From contig OX597823.1 of the NCBI GenBank assembly GCA_951406725.2, positions 54,436,001-54,500,000 on the forward strand: DNA of 64,000 bases, in the 5' to 3' direction. Origin of the DNA: Octopus vulgaris. Lineage: Eukaryota. A program made the translations under genes and the position numbers. Below the pieces are notes generated by a model. It worked only from the letters and a program-made list of their open reading frames with translations, was not told the DNA's origin and did not search any database. Of this stretch, positions 1-13,500 are shown piece by piece; the first letter of the stretch is position 1; every line of letters starts with the position of its first letter.

Positions 1-713
1 TAGAAAGTTGAAAGGCAAAGTCCACTTCAACAAGATTCAAAGTCAGAACCTGAAAGGATGCAATTATTAACCTTGGACATTTTGTTGTTCTGTCGATTCT
101 ACCGATCCATCTCTACTCTGCAACCAACCAACCTGTTATGATATTATTACTGATATCTTACAAATGACAGTGTGATGAAGAGGTTCTGTGTGAAATTCCT
201 GTCAGTTTTTGTTTCAATAGTTAAACCTCTTCACAGTTCAGTCAAACAATTCTTTCATATGCACATGGTCACCCAGACTTATGAGACTGTGTGCTGTGTG
301 CCTAAATATATACCCTGTGACAATTGTCACAATTCAACCCTTTTAAATTTATATCATAAATGAGATATGCTAAAATACAATCTTGAAACCTTCCCTTCAT
401 AAGTCACAGGTGTGGGTGGGTCACAGAATGTAACTTATAGCAATATATGTAGGTGTGTGTGTATGTATGTATGCATGTGTGTATATATATATATATATAT
501 ACACACACATGCCACACCTGGAACCTACCCTGTGTTGGCTGTATGGTACATATGTGTATATATTTGTGCATGTGTGTGTACTCACACACTCTCACACATA
601 CAGTATAATGCCAACAAATAACTGTGATCTCAATACCAAATACCCAGTCATTCCTGGTGTCCTACTTGATATACCTAAATTCTAATGAATCCTGTAACTG
701 ATATATATGTATG

Positions 714-767
<54 letters not shown>

Positions 768-1081
768 CACACACACACACACACAATATAAAACTGTACC
801 TACAGGTTAGGGTAGGGAGGTTGGTTGGTACTGCAAATTAACCCAGTAAAGCAATCAAGTTTCAAAGCAGTGCTCCTACTTTTTAAGCAACTACCCTTTA
901 TCTAGACAAGATGAGTCATTCACTTCTCTGTAGGTTGTAAACACAGTATCTAGCTACACAGTAAGATCCTAAAGTCTTGGCTGTGGGTACAGTGCAGTGC
1001 TGGTGGGCAAAATATAAACTGATAATCCTACACAATTGATTACCTGACATTTTACCATCTAAACCCTCTTAACTCTATTAT

Positions 1082-1087
1082 TTTATT
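1082..1087 (-). promoter_or_regulatory. Candidate polyadenylation signal of the CI-MPR gene
   Basis: AATAAA on the minus strand about 370 nt after the stop codon; no transcript evidence. Confidence 0.3.
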
Positions 1088-1456
1088 GTTACATTTATAA
1101 CAAAAATAAAGTCAGAAAGAAGAAAAAGTTGGATGACTTTGTTTTTTTTTTTTTACATTGGATTTTCTTTTTGTTATTTGTTTGTAGGGAGAGTGGGAGT
1201 TTCTCTTACTTTTTTCTTTGTCTTTTTTCTTTTTACAAAATTGTTTCTCTCTCACTGGCATAGCAAATAAGTAGGGTGGCGATGATGATGATGATGATGA
1301 TAATGTTGGTGATGATGATAATATTAGTGATGATGATAATGATGATGATTAACAGAGGGAAAAATATTTTTATGGACCTTTTTTTTTTAGCGGGAGTGGT
1401 GTACTGAAAAAAAATATGGGGTAGGGGAACAAAACAGGCGGTTAAAAAAGGTTCCA

Positions 1457-1558
1457 TCACAATATCATATCCTCATCACTGTCGTCATGATATGTTATGT
1501 TGTGTTCATCTTCCATGACCAGCAGACCTTCATCATCACCATCATCTATTTGAGGCAC
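1457..1558 (-). CDS. IGF2R: CI-MPR last coding exon
   Basis: VPQIDDGDDEGLLVMEDEHNITYHDDSDEDMIL*; acidic-cluster dileucine-type end; CAG acceptor at 1559-1561. Confidence 0.93.
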   Translation of the reverse strand: MPQIDDGDDEGLLVMEDEHNITYHDDSDEDMIL

Positions 1559-4500
1559 CTGCAAGAAAATAAATAAATAAATTAATAATTGTGGAAATGG
1601 GACAATAATTAGGTGGTACATGTAAAGCAATTCTGATATATTATAGTGTACAATAGACAAAACCATCTAACTAAAATAAGTCAGAGACCATGGTCCAGGA
1701 AAGAGATGGTAAATGCTTTTATTTTTCATTCCCTTCGAGAATTTATCCCTAATTAGTGGTTTGGACTTTAGCAGTTCTTTCTAGTGTAAAGGATTCCTAT
1801 GATGGAAACCTCTTAATGTGTTTAAATGTACACTGTATTTTATATATCTATATAATTTAGAGAAAAACCTCTATTAAGCAATTCAATAGTGAAATACATT
1901 ATTCACACCATATACAAAAAATTGAATATACTACAAAAAACATTATTTTAAAAATCAATAAAGTACATAATAAATAAATATTAAATAAAAAATATAAAAC
2001 TGTTCCAGAAAATACTCTTTATGATATAAATAAGGCCTCTAAATTAATCGTGATGAAATATAAGCTAGATAATAAAACTGAAACTTATGTACCTATGCAC
2101 CCTAGAATTACTTTAAAAGATCATAAGGATAACTTTTATTCTGACCCAAAATTTAGACTTATTTGTCCATGTAAATCAGATCTAGGTAAATTAAGTAAGA
2201 TCATTTTAGATAAATGTAGTGTCTGGAAGAATGGTTGGTTGGTCACTGTTTGTAGATCTTCAGTCATATTTTGGCTTAATAGGGCTAACCTTGAGCTAAG
2301 CAATAAGATCAGTTACAAGCATAAAGGAATAGATATCAGATAGCAGAGGAAGAATGTACAGGTGTTGACCCCCTCTCTCTGATAGAAGTCAGCAGTGTTC
2401 AGATCTGGAAATGATGTGTATCTAGGATTATATCCATTATACTGCACCCTAGTAGCCTTTGTTTAGGATAAGAAGGTACTTTTAAGGTAAGTTTCACTGG
2501 TATTCCTAGAAAGTTGATTAAATGAACTTAATTACCTTAAACTTTGGACTAGTACTAATGATACTTTAAAATGGTTTAATGATACTAACGATAAAAATAG
2601 ATATAAATTCATTCAAATAGATATAGATAATTATTATTCTTCTATTAATGAGATTGTACTCAATAAGGCCCTAATTTATGCAATGAATAAGGTAGGAATG
2701 ACTTATGATGAAGTTAATGTAGTTAAAACAGCTAGGAAATTGTTGATTAGATATAATAAATTGTGGGCTATGAAGGATACAAGGGACTATTTTGATATAC
2801 CTATGGGGGCAACTGATTTAGTAGGTATTTATTTATTGTTGGAACTTCAATTAGAAAAATTAAAGTTGGAGGGTGGTTTATATAGGGATGACCTTTTATT
2901 ACTAAGAATTGCACCAATAGAACACTAGAATTATATAAGAAACTATATAGCTTTTTAAAAGATCTGGATTAAGTATTACTATATATAATGAGAACTATAA
3001 TGTTAATTATTTAGATGCTAATTTTAATTTAATAACAGGTAAAACCCAACCATTCCATAAAATTAATGAAAACCTTAGATACATTAATACATTAATGTTA
3101 ATAGTAATCATCCACCCTCAATTAAGAAATCGTTGATAGATAATATAGGTAAAAGAATATTGTTGCTTTCTTCTAATTTTGAGATTTTCCAAAAACATAC
3201 ACCTTATTATAATGAAGCACTGCGGAAGGCGGGATATAATGATAATATTAAATTCGTTAATAATTGTAAATATAATTATAATATAAAAGATTATAATATA
3301 AATGATTCCTATATTTTTTATAATAATAAACCTAATGTTAAGAATTATAAGTTTTATTTAGGTAATTATGGTCTTAATAATAGGTATTATGATAATACAA
3401 AACATGTATATTATAATAGACTAAAAAAATAAGATTAGATTTAATTCGTTTAATGATAATAATAAATTTAATAATATAAAGAATAAATATAATAATATAA
3501 ATAATAACAAAATTTGGTTAATTATTCCTTATGGGGCTCAAGTTAAAACAAACATTAAAGAGATTTTAAATTTAATTGAAGTATTCATTAGAGATAATAA
3601 CAAATATAACATTTTTTCTAGTAATAATTTTGGAGTTGGTTATACTACTAATAATGTTGGTAACATTATTTATACTACTAATAATGTTGGTAACATTATT
3701 TCTTCTTTTAATAAATTTAAGCTGAATAAGTTTTACAAAAACAAATCAAATAATTATTCCAATAATAATAATAATAAAGACCAGAAATATAAATAAATGT
3801 ACATGTAGAGATAAGTCTACATGTAAATTTAATAATAAATGTAATTTGGATGATGTAGTTTATAAATGTGTAGTGACTTTGATTGATGATAATAATAGGA
3901 ATGGTTATAATTTAAACACGATTTGCATAGGGCTGACTGCTAATAAAATAAAATTAAAGGTGGCTCAACACATGAATTCTTTTAAGAATAGAAAATTAAT
4001 TAATTCTACTGGCCTTAGTAAATATATATGGGAACTAAAATCTAAACGTATTAAGTACAATTTAAATTGGGAGATAGTTTGTAAGGCAAAATCTTATCAA
4101 ATAGGTAGTAATTTTTGTTTGTTTATGTACTAATGAATTTAAGGAAATCTTATTAGGTAATAATAAAAAATTAATTCTCTAGATGAGTAAAAAATTAAAT
4201 GTAGACATAAGTTAAATTACTTATATAATAAGTTTAGCTAATTTGTGTGTGTGTGTGTGTGTGTATATCTATATATATATATATATATATATACATATAT
4301 ATAAACCCTATTTTATCTTACTAATTGTTGTAGTTATAATTTGTAGCAGTATAATGTGTAGAAATTAGCATGAGATTATATAGTGTATATACATAATTAG
4401 AATAATTACATAATAAATACATAAATTAATAAATATAGATTAAGTTATAGTAATTTAACATAATTTATGTATAGTATGTATTTTAGTTTTAAATTATATA

Positions 4501-7500
4501 GACTTTAAAATTTTCCAGTAAATGGTATATTACAGTTGTTTTCTTATTCTCACTGCTAAAATTCATTTTGTCATTTTCACAACTAAAATGCATATTTCTA
4601 TCTATTTATTCTATAATTTTTATTTACACCAGATTTTCACGTGATAAATTTCTTATAAACGCTAAGTTCTATGTTTTATGTTTAAAATTTTAGTTAACAG
4701 AATTTCTTCGATAAGATAAGTTATGATTTTATTTTAAGAAATAGTTAAATTTTATTCAATTATTTATTGTTAAAACATGTATTAAGTTAAGATACGTACA
4801 TTTATTTTATTATTCTTATTATTTTAGACCTGATGAGTGACTATATTTTTAAGCAGAATTAATTTTAAATCGATTTTATTATTATCGATTTGAAGATATA
4901 GCCATAAACGCACGTAGTCCATTTACTATTTATTTATTGTTTATGTACTTTATTGATTTTTAGAATAATGTTTTTTATAGTATATTTAATTTTTTTCTCT
5001 ATGGTGTGAATAACGTCTTTCACTATTAAATTGCTTAATAGAGGTTTTTTCTCTAAATTATATACAAATATTATATATTGTGAAATTTGATTTTAGAATT
5101 GCTAAATTGAATTTTTCCTTGTAAGTTTGGAATTATATTCTCTACTATTATTATTATAATTTTATATTTATAACTAATGTTTATCATTGTATTTAACTCT
5201 CAATTTCGTTAGTTATGGAACTTAGAGGTAAATTAGAATTGCTAGTTTGGAATTCATCTTTGATGGATATTCCTATACCATCTAGAAAAGAATATATTTT
5301 GAAACTTAATAATAATATTAAAGATTTTATTAATAGGATTAAATGGAAAGCCTACTATAATAATTGTAACATATCTAATATTAACGATGTAGAGAATAAT
5401 AATTATATCAATTCAAAATTTAAATCTAGAAAGGAACCCCCTTATAATAGGGAAATACAGGTTTTAGAGGATAATATTGGGAAGGTGGTGAAAAATATTA
5501 AATTTCATAAATACCCAAATAGACATAATGAATATTTAAGAAATCTAGCTATTAGAATAAGAGAAATGTGAAATATGGAAGGAATTATAGTACAATCAGA
5601 TAAAACTAGGAACCAGTATAAAGTAGACGTTAAATTATATGATAAACTTTTAGAGAAAGAAATAAAGAAAAAAGATAAAATATATAATAAATAATACTTA
5701 CATTAATGTATCGTGCTTTAACTGTTCGATTTCTGGTGAAGATATTTTTTATATTTTCCTTCATAATTTGCCTGATTATATATAAAAAAAATCAAAGTTG
5801 TAGAATTAAATCAGAAATGTAGGAAATGTATCAGACACTAAGAAAATTACATTTATAATATACATATTATACATATACATATTATACATACACATACAAA
5901 TCACCTGTGCATGTACCACGTATAAATCACTTGTGCTGGTGCCACATAAAAGGCACCCATGCTGGCGGCATAAAAAGCACACAGTACACTCTGTAAAGAG
6001 GCTAGTGTTAGGAAGATGTATCCAGCCATAAAAGCCATGCCAAAACAGACAATTGTTGCAGCTTGCCTGCTCCTGTCAAACTATTCAACCCATGCCAGCA
6101 TGGAAAACGAACATTAAGTAGTGATGATACATCCATCTACTGTGTGGTTTCCTGTTAACCAGCTGGAAGGATTCATAAGACACAAGAGACTGAGACAACA
6201 TTGCATGGATTCAGTGACATAGTTACTAAAAAAATAAAATATGGAGCAGGCTTTCTCACAACTGCCTTGCAAGTTCATAGCAATCACTTCAATGTATTGG
6301 CAAAAATAAACCCTGCTAAAAAAAAAAAGAAAAAAAAACCCACTGAAATATACACTATATGATAGCTGTTGACATATATTTCTTTATTAGCCACACAGGA
6401 CTTCACACAGACAGGACAAATTACAAGTTAGAGCTTTTTATGGGGGAAGAAAGAAAAAAAAATAGGGGGGGGGGGACACAGGTTTTCGATCAAAAGGGAT
6501 CGTAAAAGGAAAGAAAAGAAAAAAATGATCAATAGGGATCGTATATCACAGAAATGTCATGATATAAAGTGTAAAGGGGGAAACAGATGAGATTTATCCG
6601 TGGAAAGAAAAGCCTACGGAAAAGACCACGGTAACCTCGGTCAATAATGTTAACACATTTATTTGCAAGTAAGTAACTCTCTATTTTAGCTGTTGACATA
6701 TTAAAAGGCACCAGTGACATATAAAAGACATCCAGTACACTCTGGAGTGGTTGGCATTAGGAAGGACATCAAGCCATAGAAAACAAGCCAAAACTGACTG
6801 GAGCTTGGTGCAACACTGGCTTACCAGCTCCAGTTAGTTTTCTTAGTTGTCACCCAACTTTCGATATGGAGAGTTCAGCAGTCAAAGATTATCATAGAAA
6901 TGAGTACGTGTTTGAATTTGGCCAAAAGGAAAGAGAAAAACCACATGCACTTCAACGAGTGGAAAATGGGTGTACAATAACAGTAACAACAATAACTTTT
7001 TAAAACAGAAATAAGTTTTAAAAAAAAAAGAAGAAATAAACATGAAAGAAATGAAATGAGAGCTTACTTTTGTTCTGGTTTCATAAGTATTTTCAGTAAG
7101 ACAGCAATAATAATGATACTGAAGGTAACACTGGTAACAATAATTAATATGTGATAATTGCTTGATGCCACAGAAACTTGCTTTTTGGGTGACTGGTCAG
7201 AACTGAAATGTAAAAGTAAAGTTGTTATAATATATATGTCTGAACACATTTATGTCTGTGTGGATGTTAGCATGGAAAGGTTACCCCCCACCCCCACACA
7301 CACAAGAAGAAACCCAAATGATTTTACATATATATCTACACACACACACACACAAATGTAGAGGAATTATGGATTCTAAAAAATTTACCTAAAAAACAGA
7401 GACTCAGATAATAACATTTCTGAGAATATTTCTCGATTCAGAGTATAGAATTATTTCCCTTACGACTTTGTACAAAAGTCTCTGACCAAATTATTTTCTA

Positions 7501-10500
7501 ATTTTATTTTCAACTAAATTATTATCTCACATTGATTTTAATTTTGCGATTTAAACAAATTAAGCAACTAATGGTGGATCTCTTTTAATAACTGAGAACC
7601 TCCTTGGTAGACAGTTAGTTATACCCATTTTGTCTATATACATGAAAATATGTCTGAATATATATCTGTATGTTTTTCTAGTGGTGAATAGGCAACTATT
7701 TAAGTAACCCTTTTTAAAGTTCTCTTAGGACAACTGGAGGAGAGAAAGTGTTATCCTCAAAATGGAGACCTAACCTGAATGCTTGTCACAGAGTGGATTT
7801 GGATTTCCACTAAGGCACCCAAGGGTCATGAGGTGGACAAAAGACTACATCTATCACACAGATAGTTCAGATTAGGTGAATCTTGATCAAACAGACTTAT
7901 GATCTAAAGCATTTCTACTGTAAAACAAATTGCATTTTTAGAGTTATCTGGGGTTATTTAGTGTATTCTCTTTTTTGTTAGAGAATAACAGAATGGTCAT
8001 CATTCAACCTATGTTTTCCATGCTGGCATAGGCTGGAGGGTTGACAGCATCTGGTGAGCTACAAAGGCTTCATTGTGCTCCATGTCAACTTTGATATGGT
8101 TTCTAGAGCTGGATGTCTTTTCTAATGCCAAGCATCTAACAAAGTGTACTGGGTGCTTTCTGGTGGGGTTGTCAAGTAACTTGCAAGACAGAAAAGGACA
8201 AAAAAAAAAAAAAAAACCTGGGAGAAAGGTAATTGCTCTTTCAACTATGTGTTATTGGTGGTATCTCAAAGGATGAAGACATGATTTTTATGCCAGGAAC
8301 AAGCAGAGATATCTTGCTATAAAGAAGACAGATGGTAACTCTTGCATTTATATGAATGGGTGGAAATATCTGGGAATAAGGTAGTGATGAAGTGGTAAAG
8401 TAAAACCTTGAAGAAGCAAGAGATGATATGAAAAAAAAAGTTATAAGTGTGAGGAGAGAGTGCCAGATGGTTAGAGATAGGGGTAGAAAATGTTAATTGA
8501 AAGAGATTTTGCTGGTATTTCTAACAACTCAAAAAGCCACATGGAGGTTCTCTCATAGGTCCCTATCTTAGTATATGTATGTGTGTGTGTATAGAGAATT
8601 AGAAGTTAATAACTTTCATCTATTAAACACCATAAAGCTAGAGCTAGGCACTAGTCCTGAAATGAAGAGTGAGCCATTCAGAATCTAAGGGAGATGAGGT
8701 ATGTGTGAAGGGTGGAAGGTCGGTTTGATATATTTATAAATAGAAACAATAGCTGGAGACACTACTTACTTATTGTAATGAGGGCAGGCTAATTTGGAAT
8801 GCCAATAAAACAGAAAGACACATTCGTTTGATTCATATACAAAGGTAGGATTCTCCTGTAAATTAAAATAAATGAAACACAGGTAAAAAAAAAGTGACAC
8901 AAAATTTAAAACAAATTATACACAAAACATCAAATTCCCCCTACCCTCAAAAACTTCTGGCCCTGTGCCAAAATTTGAAACTTTTTATTATTTTTACTAC
9001 AACTACTGTTATTATTATTATTATTAAGGCAGTGTGCTGGTAGAATTATTAGCATACTGGACTATCCAAGTCCAGATGCTGCCAAGGTTGACTTTATCTT
9101 TCAACCTTTTGGGGTGGATGAAATAAGTACCAGTTATGTACTGGGACTGATGTAATTGACTAGCCCTCTCCCCTAAAATTTCAGGCTTTGTGCCTTTAGT
9201 ACACCAGACAAAATGCTTAGCAGTGTTTCTTCTACCTTTACATTGCTGAGCTCAAACGCTACCCAGGATGACTTTACTTTTCATCCTTTGGAATGAAGGG
9301 AAAATAAGTAGCAATTGAGCAATGTGGCCACGATATTCAATTAACTGCTTCCTCTAAAATTACAAGCCTTGTTCCAAAATTTGAAACCATTATTGCTGTG
9401 ATTATTATTATTATAAAGATTGTAAGCTAGTACAATCATTAGCACAGTGGACAAAATGATTAGCAGCATTTCATCTGTCTTGATGTTCTGAGTTCAAATG
9501 CCACCAAAGTTGACTTTGCCTTTCATCCTTTTGGGAATCAATGAAGTAAATACCAGTTGAATCCTGGGGTTGATGTAATTGACCATCCTCCTCCCACAAA
9601 ATTTCAAGCCTTGTGTCTTTAGTAGAAAGGATTATTATCATTACTACTACTACTACCACTACTAAGGTGACAACTGGCAGAATCTTTAGTACACCAGATG
9701 AAACAGCATTTCTTCCAGCTTTATGTTCTGAGCTCCACTGCTGCTGAGGTTTACTTTGCTTTTCATAATTTTTTTTTGGGGGGGGGATGATAAAATAAAT
9801 ACCAGTTGAGCACTGGGGTCAATGTATTCAATTACCTCCACCCCACAAATATCTGGCCTTCTGCCAAAATTTGAAACTGTGACCCACTGGTCTTTTGGAC
9901 TGGTACACCAATGACAAATTACCTTGAATCTCTTTAGTAGTGTGGCCAGCCTGCTGACGAGCTATGTTTTAGGTAATCCACTTCCCAAAGAAGGTTGCCC
10001 GTGCCTAGACAATATGGTCGTTCAAGCTGCTAGAAATAGCAGCCAACTCTACCTCAAACCACATATGATGTTTATTAGACAGAAGTGAAACTCTTGACTT
10101 ACCTGAGATGCTAAATGGGTGCAAAAGAACTCAAATACACTGACGATATTTTTAGATGGGTTTGAGTGACATTTCTCAGGTGAAGTAATTTCAAGGTCCA
10201 TGTAATCAGCTGGAAATTATCGATAAACAAAGATTAAGTAGGATTGAACAATAACAATAAAATATAGCTGTGTAATTAAGAAGTTTGCTTTATGATAACA
10301 CTGTTTCTGGTTCCATTCCACAATGTAGCATCTTGAGCAAGTGCTATGCTACCATGTATGAGACCCTACAATAAGTGTATTTAGTGTACAAATGTACCCC
10401 CTGGGGCACTTTTCCTCAGTCATAGAAAGTGAATTGGCAGAGTCATTAGAGTGTTGGCTAAAATGCTTTGTGGGATTTCTGGCTCCTTATATTCTTAGTT

Positions 10501-13500
10501 CAAACCCAGCTGAGGCCAACTTTGCCCTTCATCCTTTTTAAGTATTAAAGGCAAATACAAAAAGTACAAGCTAAGTACAATCGCTGTCTTCCACTTATAT
10601 TTGCCCTTTCAAGTGCCAGTGCCACCTAAAAAGCACCTATGCTGGTGCTACATAAATGCACCCGTGCTGGAGGCACATGGAAGGCACCCAGCACATTCTG
10701 TTAAGTAGTTGTCATTAGGAAGGGCATCCAATTGTAGAAAATCTACCTCAATAGACAGCTGGAGTTCGGACAGCTGCCTGCTAGCCAGCTTCACGTTAAA
10801 CTGTCCAACCCATGCCAACATGAAAAGCGGGTGTTAAATGATGACGACAATTCTTTATCCACATTAAGCTTTACCACATGCCAGGGTACATATGGGGTGG
10901 GTGAGGGCTTTTAAAACCTATGCCCTGAATTAAATAGTCAAATATGAGTGAAATTAGGTAGTGAAATAAGCTTGGGAGGGAGCAGTTCATGTTCTTAAAT
11001 GATAGATTTAATCTACTGCTCAGTTTAACACTACCAACTGGCTTTCCAATGCTCTTGATAGTTTACTCTGTGGCAAACATTTGAGTCAGGTCTCTGGTCT
11101 GACAATTTTTTTTCCTTTTCCTCCCATCCATCTCAGAAGCACTAGAACAGGCTATGGATGCTGTCTTTCCTGTTCTAAGTCATACAAATTATATTAAAAA
11201 AAAAAAAAAAGACAGTAACAAAAATAAATCATTTTCAGAGTTGTTAAGTTACGAATTAAAAGCAGTTCTAGTAAAGAACACAATGTTACAGACCAGGCGA
11301 GACAACTTGCCTTGGACTCACTGAGAATGGTAGATACTGACATGTTACTATCATTATGCCTTATTATCAATACCATGTACTCTGGTCATCTTGAAACAAA
11401 GTGAATCACTGGCCTGGGACTTATATGCAAAATAGAGTTAAGGTTAAAATAGAGTGAAGTCTATTTTCTGATGTGCTGCAGCAGAGCACATGTGAAAGAA
11501 AAGAAAATCCAGGGAAAGCTCCCTCCATGATACTGAATGTTAAAGAACACCAAGTGTTATATTTGTTAGGTAACTATTGTATATAGTCCTATGACAAGAA
11601 AAGTGAGTAAATATAATGATGTGTGTGTGTGTGTCACGAAGCTTTCATGTGCCTCTTCAACAGTTTAATTGCTATAAATAGGTACAGGCGTGGCTGTATG
11701 GTTAAGAAGCTTGCTTCCCAACCATGTGGTCTCAGGTTCAGTTCCACTACACAGCACCTTGGACATACACTACCGTCAGAAATTAATTAGCACCCTTGAT
11801 TTGCTCTTCACTCAAGGTATGTGCAGTCACCTAGTGGCCATATCTCGAACTATTGCTTTGTTGCAAGTTCACTGTTGCGCAGAACGATGACGTAACTTTG
11901 TTTGCAGAGCAGTTTGCGAGTCTACAGCCTTATGATGTTGACATAGCAGTGCAACAACAACTTGGAGTGCGGATGCAGACAAATCTTCCTTTGTTTAATA
12001 GATATAGGTAGCGCCTCGCAAGGACCGAAATCACACCATACTAAGTTTTCTCATCGCATAAGACGTTTTGAACAGCTCATAGGTTAATTGATTTAACCTA
12101 TTTAATGTACAAATTTGAGAAGTGCTAATTAATTTCTGTCGCAAGTGTATGTCTCCTAACAGCTCAAGCCTACGTAGACTTTGTGAGTGAATTTGGTAGA
12201 CAGGGATTGAAAGAAATCCATCATATATATATTTGCATGAGTTTGTGCACTCTTTTCCTGACATCATGGGATGCTTGTAAAACAAACAGCACTGTCATTT
12301 GTTTCCATTTTTCTGAGAAAAACATGTGTGCACTGTGGACAAAAAATCATCTTACTTGCAAACAAGTGATAGTTGGTGACAGGAAAGGCATTTGGCCATA
12401 GAAAATCTGCCTCAATAAATTTCATCTGATACATTGAAACATGGAAAAGTGAACGTTGAATGATGATGATGATGAATGTTAGTGAAATAAGTGCACTAAC
12501 AAAATATGATGAATAAATAGTCTACACTGTCAAGTGTTTGTCATTTGGAAGGGCATCCAGCTGTAAAAACCATGCCAAAACTGACCTCTCTACAATGATG
12601 ATGAAATAATCTGAATATTACTAATATTGGCTATGCTGAGCTCTCAGAACTTCAATGTTTATATGGCTATATTTTGATTAGGTAAACTAAAGGAATGAAA
12701 TGGTTATTTATCAAACTTCTGTCTGATAAATGATCAAGATATTTTCAATACACCATGAAACAAAAATATGGTCTATTTTAATAATTACTTTTATCAGAAG
12801 GGACGGTACCAACATCACCCAAAATATCATGTGAAGACATGGAAATAAACTCACAATCTCTCTCACAGATAGACACACACACACACTGGGCTTCAGTACA
12901 GTTTCCCTTCAATCAATTTTATTCACAAGGTATTCGCCAGCTCAAGCCTTATAGAAAACAACTACTCAAGTGGGATGAGACCTGAAACCACAGGACTTCA
13001 ACCATACAGCCATACCTGCAACTTAAAATGTTGAATTCAAAATAATAATAATAATAAAAAAGTGAACTAATAAAATAACGTATTTTCTTATCAAACCGAT
13101 ATTTGAAACAGAGCAAAAGGTTTTAAGATACAAAATAATGATGGTAAAAATTGTAACAAGAGGTTAAAATTTGATATAAGATAATAAAAACAAACTTATT
13201 GTATACAGTGCTCAGGTGTACTACATACTCAGGTGTAGTTAATAGAATAATGCACAAGAAGCGAAGAGTGAATGAATTAAAAAAGGGGCAGGAGCCATCA
13301 CATGTACTCTATTAGTAAATTTCAGGAAGCATAGAATGCTTTAAAAAGGATACTGTATTATAGCCCTGGATGTGGCATTAGGTACATTGGCATGAAAATA
13401 AATTTAAAGAAATAACAGATTTCCCAATTCCAATTTCAAGAAAACTCAAGAGAGAATTGCAACTTCATGAATGTAAAAGGTAATTCAAGCAGGAGCTCCT

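Noticed and set aside
404-685. Many short ORFs rich in YI/CV/HT (also near 19018, 29263, 38993, 59394, 60288)
   Set aside because: They are translations of (TA)n/(TG)n/(CA)n microsatellites and SINEs.
1233-1460. Hydrophobic ORF overlapping the CI-MPR stop codon
   Set aside because: The poly-Ile stretch derives from an (ATC/ATT)n microsatellite in the 3' UTR.
5569-5571. In-frame TGA in the PLE ORF as selenocysteine (reported for some Naiad PLEs)
   Set aside because: It is not at an evident Cys motif, CGA-to-TGA decay is simpler in an element with many other lesions, and no SECIS was recognised.
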